Below the pieces are notes generated by a model. It ran no database searches, was not told the DNA's origin, and worked only from the letters and a program-made list of their open reading frames with translations. From positions 14,981,132 through 15,045,131 of the forward strand of contig NC_054885.1 of assembly GCF_018320785.1 (NCBI RefSeq): a stretch of 64,000 nt of DNA, given 5' to 3'. Origin of the DNA: Cheilinus undulatus. Its lineage: Eukaryota. Shown piece by piece: positions 12,736 to 25,983 of the stretch. A program made the translations under genes and the position numbers. The stretch's first letter is position 1. Each line of letters opens with the position of its first letter.

Positions 12736-14224
12736 GTCAAACTGTGTCTTGATATCTTTATGCTTTCTTTTATGCTATCTGGATACATTATTTACATTGT
12801 AAATATCCATATTAATTATTGAAACAGTCCTTTATGTATTGTATACTTCATATGTTATGCATACCTTTAACTAAGCCTTAAAGACCCCGTAAAGTGAAAA
12901 TAAATCTGTGTTTAGGTTTTTTGTATGACAGGTCACTGTGTTATGAACCCCTAAATCAAATTTCAGTCAAGTAAAATGTCTCCAAAATTATAAAATTAAG
13001 CTTCAAAATCATTAAAAATGAGGCAGTATCCAAAAGGCAATTGACACCCTTTGCTAAATGTTAAAAGCGCCCATGGTTATGACGGCTACCATGACAAGAA
13101 TTTAAGAATTTCTCTGGCTTTGACAGTTCGTGATTGTTGGAAATACTGAAGTAATACTTAACTATGAAATATAAAACATAGCAGCTGATGTTTTTTTGTA
13201 AAGTGAGACTTTTTGGTGCAAAAATTTTACATCAATTTTGTACCTTTAAACCCAGCATAAAACCAAACTTAATGTGGCTGTGCAGTATACCTTAAAGCTA
13301 ACATTGCAAAGCAGATGGACTGGCCAGACTGTTATCAGGCATATCCATTTTGCAAAGCTCCAGTCAGGTACGATTGTGCCAGGTCTGAGAGGGACTGGAC
13401 CAAACAGCATCATTGGAGGAGAATGGTGCCGTAGCTACATGCAGGGTTTAGTTGTACTTGGAGCCAATAGCAATGCTTGCAGCCGGTGTAGCACTCAGAT
13501 GTAGCTGTAATATGCATTTTTATCAGAATTTGAACCATTTTTCAAAAACTACACCAGCTCCTTCCTGTCAAGCTCAGGCTTCTACAGGAGTTGTGCATGT
13601 CTGATGTCTCATTTTGCCTTGTCGCTCTGATTGACCCGTAACAGACAAGACCATCATCCAATCACCTCCTGACAGCCCTGTCCTTCCCAAACACTTTGTA
13701 TGGGAGTTTTCGCAGATTAATGTGAAATATGTCCAGTGCAATGGATATATGAAACAGTCTATCTGGTGGGTTAAGTTACCTAAAAGCCAAGAGAACTTAA
13801 AAAAAAATGTTAAAAAACACAAACACATTATTGGGAGAAAGTGTCCCTTTCATCAGGACAAAAAAAAAGCACAATCACAGTAACAGTGCTGAGTTAGATG
13901 AACAAGTATTAACACCTTCAGTCTGCTGGAAAAGCTTCAATAAGAGTTCATGTCTATGCTTTCACTTTGAAAGGTCGTTTTGGTTATTTATTTACAGTGA
14001 CGTGAAGAAATTAAGAAAGAAAACAAGCAGCGGGAGACGTAACGACGGGCGATGCTTCGTTTCTTACACCCTGTTTCTAGGACGACAGCGCAGGTTGTCA
14101 CGGCAACCGTCGGCAAGGGAGTGAGAGGCAGCCTTGGAACCTGGGACGGAGGCAGAGAGGGGGAGAGGTCTGACTCCCTCTCTCCTCTCACTGCTTCATT
14201 TGAATTTTAGATTCTGATAAATTA

Positions 14225-14730
14225 TTAAGAGACTCCACTGCTGAAGCTACAACTGGAGAGATCAGGGATGATGGGGGGGGTGAAGGAGATGAAGGAAAGG
14301 AGAGAAGGAGAAGAAGGAGTAGCTGCAAGGAGGATGGACAGAGAGAGAAAAGATGCTAAGAAAGCAGACTGAGAAAGTGAAAGCAGTGTTGTTTGTAATG
14401 GAGATGGATGGAGGAGTCTCTTGGTGTCTCTGGGTGTGGGTGGTTGCAGTGGGAAAAAAAATAGACGAGGGAGGAAACAAAGGTGGAAAAGCAGCCAGAC
14501 AGAGAGATGAAGATGGAGGGGGGTTGGAGGGGGGAGGCGGTGTGTCATAATGCAGATGAGTGTGGAGAGATGGAGCAGCAGGAGAGGAGGAGAGTGTCTT
14601 TGTGTGTCAGTGTGTGTGAGTGTGTGTGTGTGAGTGAGATGAAGACAACAATAACAGACGGGAGAGAGGAGGTAAGTGTCTGTAAACACTGAGAAGAGAA
14701 GAGAACAAGAACAAGACATGTGCATATCAA
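14225..14730. repeat. CT/GT-rich low-complexity tract including (GT)n/(GTGA)n at about 14590-14640
   Basis: strong strand compositional bias; the 166-aa ORF here is a low-complexity artefact. Confidence 0.85.
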
Positions 14731-15059
14731 AGCCTGGAAAATCTTCTTCCTCGTCCCACTGATGTGAAAGTTTGCTTGTTTGGGGTAATTTTACATCCCT
14801 TAGGTAAAGACATCTCTTATTATATATGTGGAATATGATTTTTGGCCTCCATTATGTATGTCATGCTTTAGTAAAAATCTGGGACTACAGTTTGGAGTTA
14901 AATAACGACATTTGTGCAAAGTTTAAATAACATCCTTCGAGGAAGGGTTAAACATGAGGCCTAATGACACTGACTTTGACCTCCAAAATGTAATATGCTT
15001 ATGCTTTAGTCAGAGCAATAATTTGTGGAAAGCTAATAAAAGATTTCTTTAAGCATTTT

Positions 15060-16545
15060 GTAGACACAGTGCCTTTAAGAAGTATTCATCCCATGGGATG
15101 TTTTACCCTGTAGTGCCACATTATGTAATAACGCCACATTATGTAATAACCCTAACCATAGGACTTAGTGTGGGCTCCAAGGTATGCCCTACCCAACAAC
15201 CTTGCCCAAACTCTAACCGCTTAGTGACTTATGCCTAAACCTAACCCCCTTTCAGGGCTCTAGACTGAACACCTAACCTTAACCCTAGGACTTAAGGTGG
15301 GCTCCAGGGTATACCCTACTACCTTGCCGTAACCCTAACCGCTTAGTGGCTTACAAAATATGGCATTATTACATAATGAATTGAAAATGTATTACATCAT
15401 TACATGTTATTACATAATGTGGCGCTACATACCCATTCATTGATTTTTTTAATTTTGTATTCTTTGGGTCATTGTCTTGCTGGAAAATAAATCTTCTTCC
15501 AAGCCGTAGTTCTCTTGCAGATTGTCCTCCTATTTTTTGCAGCATTCATTTTATTCTCTACCTTTACGAGCACCTCCAGGGCCAGCTGCCAAGAAGCATC
15601 CCCACAGCAGGATGCTGCCACCGCCATGCTTCACAGTGCGGATGGTGTGTTTTTATGCTGATGTGCAGTGTTTGGCATCTTGTCTGATGACCAGAAAGTG
15701 ACATTTTGGTCTCAACAGACCAAATAACTTTCTTCCACTTGACCATGGAGTCTCCCACATGCCTGTTGGTGAGCTATAGTTGAGATTTGATATGAGTTTT
15801 CCTAAACAGTGAATTTCTCTTTGCCACTCACCCATAAAGCTTTGACTGGTGAAGAACCAGAGCAACAGTTGTTGTATGCAGAGTCTCTCTCATCTCAGCC
15901 GCTGAAGCTTGTAACTCCCTCAGAGTCGTCATAGGTGTATTGGTGGCTGCTCTCACTAGTCTCCTTGTTGCACAGTCACTCTGTGAGGACAGCCTGATCT
16001 AGATTTACACATGTACTATTTTCCTTCCATTTCTTGAAGATGGATTTAACTGAAATCGGGGAGATGTTCAGTTCCTTGGAATTTTTTCAATTCATGCCCT
16101 GACTTGTACTTTTCAATCACGTTTTCTCTGAGTTGCTTGGAGTGTTTTTTGTCTTCATGGTGTAATGGTAGCCAGGAATACTGATTAACCGGTGACTGGA
16201 CCTTCCACATACAGGTGTCTTTATATTAAAATCACTTGAGACACTTTCACTGCACTCAGGTGATCCCCAGTTCACCAGCTGTGAGACTTCTAGCACCAGT
16301 TGGCTGGACCTCTACTGAAATAGGTCAGTCACTTTAAAAGGGGTGAAAATCATGGCAATTACTTTTTTTACATTACATATTTTCATATAATTGACATTAC
16401 TTTGTAGAAATCTGTTTTCACTATTACATTAAAAAGTTTTTGAAATTGTTTTTGATTAAAAAAAGCCAAATCATATTGACCATGATTTATTTAAAAAAAA
16501 AAATCAGTAAAAGTGTGAAACATCCAAGGGGGAAATACTTTTTAT
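15060..16545 (-). mobile_element. Tc1-like element (TIR beginning acagtgcctttaagaagtattcatccc), degenerate, interrupted by a MITE
   Basis: Tc1-type TIR at about 15063; internal sequence is the reverse complement of a decayed transposase; the MITE at 15113-15425 is inserted into the TIR region. Confidence 0.6.
15113..15425. mobile_element. TA-flanked MITE (Tc1/mariner-type) with about 20-bp TIRs g(t/c)gccacattatgtaataac and two internal about 100-bp sub-repeats
   Basis: TIRs at both ends are reverse complements; TA dinucleotides at 15111-12 and 15426-27. Confidence 0.75.
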
Positions 16546-19166
16546 AGTATACTTTTTTAAATGACTCAAAAACATGGGATAAAGATAAGGCCTAATGGCC
16601 ACGACCTTTGACCTCCAAAATGTAGTCAGTTCTTCTTTAAATCAAAGTGGATATTTGTGCAAAGTTTGTAGAAAACCCCTTAAAGAGCTCTTGAGATGTG
16701 TTCATGAGAATGACCTGGACGGACAGACAACCCATGAAGACAATATCTCTGGCCTCTGCTGCTCCTGGTGTGGAGGCATCAGTTCCTGCATTTTACCTTA
16801 CATGTTGCTTTTCACTGAAGCCCAAGCAAACATGAATCCATATATCTTATGTTACTTGGTTTTTCTGTGATAAGTATTTCTCTTTTTTTTCTAATTTTGC
16901 CTTATTTATGTCATTATCTCAAAATAAAAAGTTTGCCCTTAAAAACTTAATAACAAGAAGAATGCATTCACGCAGAGAAAGATGATTTATAATCAGAATA
17001 CAACAGGGTAGATAAGATTAGATCTCATAGGGAAAAATTAAATTGGGAAAGCAGACTAGAAAACAAAAATGAATGCATGTCTGCTTAGGGCCTCCATACA
17101 AATAAGTAATTTGGTTGTATCTGCCAGATCCTAGCATATTTATCTTGTATTTTGAGGTAACAATGTTTTTTTTTTGTGATTAGAGTTCATCCCAGATGTT
17201 TTGGGAACCTTAATTTATTTTCATTCCGAATAACAAAGCTGACGTTCCCATAACAACTGATTAATTTATCTCATTATCATAAATGATTAAGCGTATTTTC
17301 TCTTGATAATAAGATCATCTTCTTGATGAAAACAAACCAACAGTCTGCTCACTGTCGCTCTGTGCTGCTGTTGTCCTACCTAACACAGTGAGTTAAGCCT
17401 ATGTTGACCTGATGTTTCTTCTTGTTCTGTAAGTAACAAAAATCCCCCAGCATGCCCTGCTCCTCTCTTGAGGATTTCTCTGAATTCTGTTGCTTTTGCG
17501 TCCTCGACCTCCGGGGTTGCAGCGTGACGCTTCCTGTTTCTGATGATGTTTGTCGGTTTACAGGAGGATCAGGGTCCGTTCCCATCAGACTTTAGAGCTG
17601 TTTGTGCGTTTGATGATGAGCACAAGTTTTTACTTTGTTCTGACCTGACTGCACTGTGGAGGAGTTATCACTTATTTTCTTACAGTCTATATGTTTTGCA
17701 GTCTGTGCTGAGGGTAGTGAATCGTAGCCATGAAAAAGTAGTATCAGATATAGGCGCAGGTATGTGTGGCTACTTTACTGCCTCATATGGACAATGATTG
17801 CAGATGTTTTCTATGGGGGGAAGGGGTTACAGGGGGATGACATGGTTAAATAAAAACAAAGCACACTGTTGTACAATGCATCTATATTAGACCCTACCAC
17901 TCCTAAACCAAATACAAGAAAATATCATGACTCATACCTCGCACTTGCCGCCACACTCCTTTCTTTTGCCATTTCCTATCAGAGTGGGAGGTTTTTCTGC
18001 AGCTGTCTCAATTGTGACAATATTCAGATCAAAACTGAAAATGACCTAAGAGTGGCAGTGATGTAAAAAGATCTGTAGCAGAAAACAAGAACAAACAAGC
18101 CTCTGAAGTTATTGCAGACCTGGAAGTAAAAAAAAAACCTTGAAAGCAGACTGTCACCATTTTATTATTTTTAGACACTTCTTCATCCCCAGAGAGTCAG
18201 ATTTAGAAAAGATCTGTTTAAGGCAGAAGTGTCCAAACTACAGTCTGCTGGCTGACTGTGGCTCATGGTCCATTTTAAACTGGCCTGAAGCAAATTCTAA
18301 GAATAAAATTGAATGAGGCCTACATTAGGCTATGAGGCTCATGTTTGACTGTATTGTATTTCTTAGTTGTGACACTAGGGGGTGCTGTTGTGCAGTTCTG
18401 TAAACAAATATTTTGACAACAAGGATTCTTTGACATTGGAATTGAGACATCACTTTTATGGTAAACATAACTGAAATGATAAAATATTGATTTATAATGC
18501 CCTGATGAATAGAGACTAAAGGATTACGGAAAAAAAAATATATCTAAAAATGATTTGATTGAGAGCCCCCTTGTAGTGGAATTTACATGAATTTGATATA
18601 ATCGAAGCCAGTCCAAATATTAGTTCAGCCTCTGTACAGTTGTAATAAATAGAGAAATTAGCTGTTAAGTTAGTTATTATTGGAGGCTGCCTCAAGTGGC
18701 TCCTGGAAGAAGTGGCATTTTTGTCCCTCCATTTCTCAGCCTCAGAGGTATTGATTGGATTATAATCAGTGACTGCAGTTTTCTTAAGTACCTGCGCAGT
18801 GTGATTTAATCTGTTAGCAACTTAAACATGGCGGTCAGGACCCGAGCAGAGACGGAGGAGACTGATGGTGCGATTACAGAAGATGAAGTGAAAAACAAAC
18901 AAGAGGAGACAGTTGGAGAGAATTACAGTCAACCTTGAGGGATTCATTATCCTCTCCCTGACTGAATTATCGGATCAATAAATTGAATTAAGAGGAGCCA
19001 CCTCTTCTGCTTGATCTGCAGTCCTGTCCTGATGTCCCCTGTGGAACCAGTCCACTGCTAATCACAACGATATCACTCCTCATCTGTATTTTAGAGGTTT
19101 TAATGTTCATCTATGTATAACCCCCTCAGTGGTGAGGAGCTCAGACCCTGACTCAGACCCCAATTT

Positions 19167-19198
19167 GCCCCCCCCCCCCCCCCCATCCCCCATCCCCA
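19167..19198. repeat. poly(C) homopolymer tract
   Basis: gcccccccccccccccccatcccccatcccc. Confidence 0.9.
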
Positions 19199-19299
19199 GC
19201 ACTTCATCATCACCTCAGAGATAGTTAATAAAGCTTACTCACTTATATTAGCATTATTATTATTAATATTTTAGGGCCGTAGGTGTTTAGTTCCCACTC

Positions 19300-19500
19300 T
19301 TTTTCTTTATTTTTTAAGATTTATTTTTGGGCCTTTTCATGCCTTTATTAGAAAGAGGAAAGACAGTGGATAGACTCAGAAACAGGAAAGAGAGTGGGGA
19401 GAGACATGCGGTAAAGGGCCACAGGCTGGATTCGAACCTTGGCCGTCCGCCTGCGTGGGTAGCGCGTTAAACCACATGATCATCTGCGCTCCTTCGGTCC
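19300..19500 (-). mobile_element. tRNA-derived SINE (tRNA-like head with box B ggttcgaatcc at the right end)
   Basis: minus strand reads ...gtggtttaacgcgctacccacgcaggcggacggccaaggttcgaatccagcctgtggccctttaccgcatgtctctccccactctctttcc...; not a genuine tRNA (no acceptor stem or anticodon arm). Confidence 0.65.
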
Positions 19501-21385
19501 CACTCTGGACCATTTTTGGGGCATTCGACATGCACCAATTTACATGAAAATTGGCACACAAAGAAGTCGAACACAAAGAAAATTGGCACACACCAAGAAC
19601 TCAGAAAAAATGAGAGGTTGATATAGGTTTCAAAAATGGCCCCTGGGAATTGCCTCAATAGCACCACTTTTCATGCTTTTACATTTTTGGCCTGGTTCAG
19701 GGGTCATACTTGATCTAAACAGTTAAAGGGATTTAATCCAACAGACTTGTACTTCGGCATAGAGTGAGATGAGACATGGATGATGAAAAGTCCCTTGGGA
19801 TATTTTCATAGGTCAAAAGGCGTGGCTGTGGTGTGGCTGCATTTTTTTGACAAGCAGGAAGTTGTTTATAACTTAGCTGTGCTAAGTCCAATCAGACTCA
19901 AACTTCCTGTGTTGATGAAGGGTCCATGTCTGCATACATCTTTATCGTCAGTTTTAGCATACATTATAGCGCCTCCAAATGGTGACAGGAAATGTCAAGG
20001 TTTACAGTGCAAGCTGCTGTTTATAGACAATCCAAAATATCCACATCAAATAAGTGTCGGGAATGCTTTAAGAAGTGGCGCCATGTCAGTGGAAAAAATC
20101 GTTTTATATAATGGTGTGGCATTAGTGGCGTGTAAAACCCCCACCCAAAGATGTTGGATGTATGTTCGCCAGACAGACATTTAACATAAACGAGACAACG
20201 GTTTGCCAATACATTCTTCATGCCTTTAATGCGCTTTATCTCTAAATTGAATGACTGTAATAAGAGAGATCAGTGCATATTTTTGGGGTTAGTGTTTTGC
20301 ATTTGATTAATGAAGACAAGAGGATTGTGGTCAGCGCATACAGTAACGGGACAAGTAGATGAACTGACGTACTTCAAAACTTCACTCCGGCCTCAACCAG
20401 AAAACCCCATCCTGGGCATTTTTTTGAATAACAGAGGTAGGCGGAGTTAGATCTGAGCCAGGGGGTTCACTCACACTTTAAAAATTGCTCAATAGCACCC
20501 CCTAACAGTTTTCAAAGATAAAGCCTCCCTGACTGACACTGTCATACATTTATGAAGTTTTGTGGGCAGATGCGTTTGGGAGAAATCATCAAAAAAGACT
20601 CTTGAGGTGTTACTCTATCTCAAACTGGAAATATGCCATTTTGAATAAAAAATTTTAAAATTATATTTGATGGTCAAAGTTTTACGTCAAAAGGTGTGGC
20701 CATGGTGATTTTTTTTGTTCGCCATGCAGCAGGAGGTAGGACTTTTTTATTGTTATGACTCTTGTAGAGCAATGAAACTTGACAGAAAAATTCTAAGTGG
20801 CATGTTGAGTTTAACCTGGGATTTTGAACAATTTTAAGCATGTGCATAATGTCAAGACATAGAAAATGCCTCTTGTAGCCATACCATAAATCAAACAGGA
20901 AGTCCACCATTTTCAAAGGTCATGACCATGGCGGCAAATTTCAATGTTTCGCCATAACACAAGGACTTTGCTATCACGGAAACATAAGGCAAAATCGCCC
21001 AAAATCTGTCAAACTTTATTCCACATCTTATTATATCAGCACGTCAGTGTAAAATATCTCTGCGTTTTTATTCAAGGATGGGGTTGTGGCCGAGTGGCAA
21101 CGATTTTGACAGTGTGGTCCCACTATAATAACCTAAACTGTTAAATCTCAACTGCACATCGTCATATCTTAACTAGATTGTGTGTCCTTTGTAGAACTGC
21201 ATGCCTAAACCAAAACCCCTGGGAACATTTTTCTTGAAATCACAGTGCCTCCCTCTGGCAAAATGAAGCATTGTTTTGTAAAAACTGCCTCTAATACTTA
21301 CAAATTTAAGACATTGCGGACAATTTTTGTTACACTAATAATTTCCCATTGGGGTACTCAAATTTGCCATTTTGTCTCACCAGCA
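19500..21385. repeat. composite interspersed-repeat block with internal sub-repeats
   Basis: recurring units (gtcaaaaggcgtggc.../acgtcaaaaggtgtggccatgg..., ...ctcaatagcacc...) within the block; no coding signal. Confidence 0.45.
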
Positions 21386-21386
21386 A

Positions 21387-21421
21387 TATCTATCTATCTA
21401 TTTATCTATCTATCTATCTAG
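21387..21421. repeat. (ATCT)n microsatellite, imperfect
   Basis: tatctatctatctatttatctatctatctatcta. Confidence 0.9.
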
Positions 21422-22066
21422 ATGTATAGATACACCCTTAAAATATGATTCTATCTACAAACTTCAGTCGGTTGCAGCCCTAAAAAAGAGAGATAGAGAG
21501 TCATCATAAAATGATTTAACAGTTTTACTGTTGTATGATGTACAAAGTTCTCAATCATAGCTTTTTTAGTAAGGAACCACACAAGTGTGAAAGTGGTCTC
21601 CAAAAGTAAACAAGTCCTTTTAAAATCTGTGAGCTCCATCTAGTGGACAGCTGCCAGTCTCTACTGGATGTTTTCAAGAATGATGAGTTCATCTGTAGAA
21701 GCTGCTAAAATTTCCTCTGAACAGTTTAGGAGGGTTAGATCAGTGTTCATTTTATGGGTTTCTGCCTCTCACTCTTAAAGAGCTTTCATTGTTATTTAAA
21801 TTTATTTGCAAAACTGTGCTATTGCTTGTAAAGGTATGACTTTATGTTGTGCTAATGTTGTGTATAGTCCTCACCTGTTTTGCACAGTTTGATCAATAGA
21901 TCCATTATTTAGAAAAACAAAGGACAATGATCTTCAAAGGATCTGTTAATTTTGACAGCCATTTAAAATTGAGTCTTGGTTTCAGTCTTTGGATTGAAAT
22001 GCCTTCTATTTTTGTAGTTTCTGTCTGCCTGTTCCTTGTAAAGCACTTTGGGCTACATGTCTTATG

Positions 22067-22613
22067 TACAGTGCTTAACAAATTTATTGGACCACCCTAA
22101 CCCTAACCAAAGGAAGGTTTATGCCACAGCTGCCCTAAATTAACAGCATTGGTAAATACCCAAATCGTTTTTTATGTTTCTGCAATGGTTAATACACCAA
22201 TATGTAGAGGCTCTTTAACCCAAATGATATTTTTAATGCTAAAATATAATTATTATTGTTATCCATGAATTTTCAAATGCACTGATTTACAAAGAAACTG
22301 AAAAAATAGTAAGGCACATTAATATTTCTTGATTAATATGTCAAATTATAGTTATTTACTTGCATTCCTGAACAGAAAAATGAGTTTTAGTGGTTGAATG
22401 TTATGCTTGATTAATTTCGGACTTCTCAGAGAAGCCCAGCGAGCCGGCTCAAATTTGGGTGAATTCAGTTTGAAATCCCTCATTCCTGTTCAAAATGGTA
22501 AAACGTGGAGAGCTCACTGAAAATGAAAGAGTCCGCATTAAAACACTTAATGAAGCTGGATGGTCTTTGAGACAATTATGACAGGTGGTCTAATAAATTT
22601 GTTAAGCGCTGTA
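22067..22613 (+). mobile_element. Tc1-like internal-deletion derivative with intact about 30-bp TIRs (tacagtgcttaacaaatttattggaccacc)
   Basis: left TIR at 22067 and its exact reverse complement ending 22613; retains the transposase N-terminal HTH remnant MVKRGELTENERVRIKTLNEAGWS. Confidence 0.75.
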
Positions 22614-22789
22614 TGAAACGTGCTATACAAATAAATAAAGATGAGTTGAGGTGAGTAGTTTTAGTCACATTTAAGTCATCTCTACCCTTTACAGTTTAAG
22701 TGAACAAAAACTAGAAAGCATTTAAGCCCCATTTTAGCCCATAAAAATGGATTAAATTTTGGTCTAAAACTTTAAGCCAAAACATTTAT

Positions 22790-23440
22790 TCTTGTCACCT
22801 AGATCTTGTTCCAATCATACATGTGTATTCCATACACCCTGATAAACCAAGTATCCCTGCTTTCTACAGCACTATCATTGCTGAAAAGGTTTTAGAGCAA
22901 CACATGCTCCCATCCAGGGAAGGCACTGCATATTTCAGCAAGACAATGCTAAACCACACACTACATCCATCACAACAGCATGGTTTCACAGTCCAGTTGC
23001 TTAAGTGGCCTGCCTGCAGTCCAGATCTTTAACCAATATAAACATTTGGTAAACCATAAAAAAACATGGCAAAGAAGAAACAGGACTGTTGAGCAGCTGA
23101 AATCCTACTTAAAACAAGAATGGGACAACATTCCTCTCCTGTACCTACAGCAACTGTCTCACTTCTCAGATGTTTACAGACTGTTGTTAAAAGTAGAGGG
23201 GAACTTTTTTTGAGATGTGTTGCTACTATCAAACTCTAAATGAACCAATATTTGTCATGAAATTGTAAAATGTCTCAGTTTCAACATCTGGTATGTTGTC
23301 TATTCTATTGTGAATTAAACATTGGTTTAGAAGATTTACCAATCATTGCAACTGGTTTTCATTTACATTTTACACAGCATCCCAGCTTTTTTGGAATTGA
23401 GGTTGCATTGGATTGTATTGCAGCTTGTTTCACAACTTTC
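22790..23440 (+). mobile_element. Tc1-like transposase C-terminal fragment plus 3' end
   Basis: ...FQQDNAKPHTTSITTAWFHSPVA*VACLQSRSLTNINIW... / NRTVEQLKSYLKQEWDNIPL..., typical Tc1 3' region with cagtttcaacatctggtatgttgtctat. Confidence 0.7.
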
Positions 23441-25573
23441 TGCTTAAGAAATGTAAAACTTTTGTACTTGTTGGTCATTCTGGCCCCTGTTTCTGTAACA
23501 AAAGCAGCAGAGATTATTTGTTTAAGTCAAACTTCAGCTGAGACAGAGACATAGGCAGCATCACAGCAGTACTTTAATGGCATCGTACAGTTTCTTCATG
23601 TTGGAACAACAGCACTTCGGTCAGCAGAGAAAGGCAATTCAACTACTGCATTTTTATTACACCCCCACTGCGCAGAAAAGGGTATGTAAACAACAGCATC
23701 ACCTGTTCACTTCTACAGTATATGCAGTGCAAAGCAGAAACACAAATCTTTGGCTGTCAGACTAAAAGACTAAAAAAACACTCAGCTTGTTTGGAGGCAC
23801 ATTAATTTTTCTTCTGTTGCAGTACACATTTTTATTCCACTGCTTTGCTTCATGCTGGTTTTTTGTCCAAAAGTAAACCTCAGATTGTCATTTCTTCTGA
23901 AGAGCTTAAAGTGCAAAAGTCATCCTGGAAGAGGTGCATTTTGGGTCGGCTACTTCAAACCACAGGAGGGCAGCACAAACAACATCAACAGCATAATAAA
24001 CAGAGAGAGGGCAGGCTGATATTTATTAGTGCAAAAGCATTGTTAAATATCATCACAGTGTTCCGAAAGCTTGAGGAGGTAGGAGTCTCATTCATCTCCC
24101 ATGATGCATTTCATTTGGTAACAGTTCAATCTTCTTTTTCAGTTTTAAAATTCAGACAAAAGTGTGAGATTAAGAAGATTGTCAAGTGCCACAGCAATAA
24201 AGCAGCTGTTTTATTCCCATTCAGAGTTCTTTTTTCTAAACCGTCCTCAAGGTTTATGCTTTGGCTGTCTTTTTCTGAGAAACTGCATTTTTACTGTCAG
24301 TATTGGTTAGTGGAGAACAAGGTATGCAACATAGTTGTATTGAAGTAGAAAGAAGACAGTAAGTAACCATAAGCTTTCCCATATTCTGAGTCTAAAATCT
24401 TCAACTTACATGTAAAACTCTATAATTGACAGACCATCAGTGAAATGCATCTTGGGAGATGTAGTTACATATCCACAGGCTTCTTGCTTTTGACTTTTAA
24501 TCAAAGAAGCAGAAATGAGAGCACAGTAGAGAAGTCTACAGAGTGTACAAGTGATTAATTTCTCAGTTTGGGAACTTTATAAATTTGTCTTTAAATTTGT
24601 TCATTTAATCAAATTAAAACTCTACTGTATATACACGTTATTAGGGGTTTGACATAACTGCTATACATCTTGTATTCCATTATCTTTGTTTAATGTTCAA
24701 ATCTCTACTGAATGAAGGACTAAAGGGCTTATTTTGAGTTCTGTGGTATTGGCTGTTCTCTATTTCTAATTTTAGAAATATTTATCATTTCTATGGCCGT
24801 AGATCAGCCTTGGTAAACATTTTAAAAACTCTAGCATGGAAATGCAAGTTTCAAATGTGCAAAAAATCCTGATTGTAGAAAGTTAATGCTATCTTGTTGA
24901 CTTTCTTTACCATTTTAAGGTACAGTATAATCATACAAGAAGATATTGGGAAACTTTTAAAGCCTTTATGAAACTCCCTTTGTTTTTCCAACTTGTTATA
25001 TTCTCTATGCAAACATGACTGTCTTGAATTAGTTTTGCATTTAATCAGGGCATTATGTGAAAATTTTAAGTGCAATGACACAATCTGTCACTTTGTAAAG
25101 GCAAAACTAACTTAATTATTAATTTAAGCATTCATTCAGATCCCTGTGAGGTGTAAACAGTCCATAATGTTGTTTTTCATATCAGCCTGGAAGGACAAGT
25201 CTTCCAAGGAATACATCCATTTACTTCCTGAAATAATCCTGATAAACTTTTAGAGTCCCTTGATTTTTATTTTTGTTTCCAGCCTGAGAACTACATTCTT
25301 GGGACAGTTTTAGGTTTTAGTGCAAATCTCTGCATGGAAGTATTTCATTTCAAAGACACACAGCTGAGTTCTGTTACAGAACTGTGCGGCAGTAATCTGG
25401 AGGGTATTCATAGGATTATTTAACAAACCTATGAGTCGCATCTTTAATCAGCAAAAAGGCACATTGTCTTGATTTAATGTCAGATCCAGGCTTGGTCTAA
25501 GAAAAAAAGAGAATCTGATGAGGTTTACTTTGGGACATCTTTTCCCTCTTCTTCCTATTTTTTCTCCTCCTCT

Positions 25574-25693
25574 TTACTGGCCCTGTCCTGGCAGCGCCCC
25601 CAGCAGGCCATTAGCAGTGGTGAACAGGTTGATGGGGGACGATCCATCCGTGATGAGGGTGGACTTCAGCCCCAGAGCCTGCAGCATTTTCAC
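25574..25693 (-). CDS. mvp: major vault protein exon 16 ([39 protein letters not shown])
   Basis: acceptor ctccttcag|gtg; TAA stop at 25574-25576; MVP C-terminal motif [17 protein letters not shown]. Confidence 0.9.
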   Translation of the reverse strand: MKMLQALGLKSTLITDGSSPINLFTTANGLLGALPGQGQ

Positions 25694-25983
25694 CTGAAGG
25701 AGACAGGAAACAGAAGGTTAGTTTATGTCTGATGGAGGGCTCAAACTGCATCACAAAAGCAAGCATGGGGATTCTAAGGACTGCTGCATAAAAATCAAAT
25801 ACTGCTGTAATACGACAAACATGAGTGCTCGCCTCACTCAGCATTACCCAGAGACAGCGATAACTGATGAGGGCAAGGCTAATGCTTAATCAGCTACAGT
25901 GTTTAAAAAATTGTATATATTGTTGATATCCTATTGTGGGGCCATGAGTAAATCCACCCCTAGATATTAGTAGGCATACGTAC

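Noticed and set aside
14225-14725. 166-aa ORF on the minus strand
   Set aside because: It is a translation of a CT/GT simple-sequence tract (LTHTHTLTHTDT..., PPLLLLH...). It has no start context or splice signals and is a compositional artefact.
19376-19500. tRNA-like sequence (GGTTCGAATCC T-loop box)
   Set aside because: No acceptor stem or anticodon arm can be completed, and it is continuous with a SINE body, so it was called a tRNA-derived SINE rather than a tRNA gene.
23845-24348. 167-aa plus-strand ORF
   Set aside because: It is AT-rich, with no recognisable domain, no flanking splice consensus in phase with any neighbour, and it sits among Tc1 debris. It is most likely a chance ORF.
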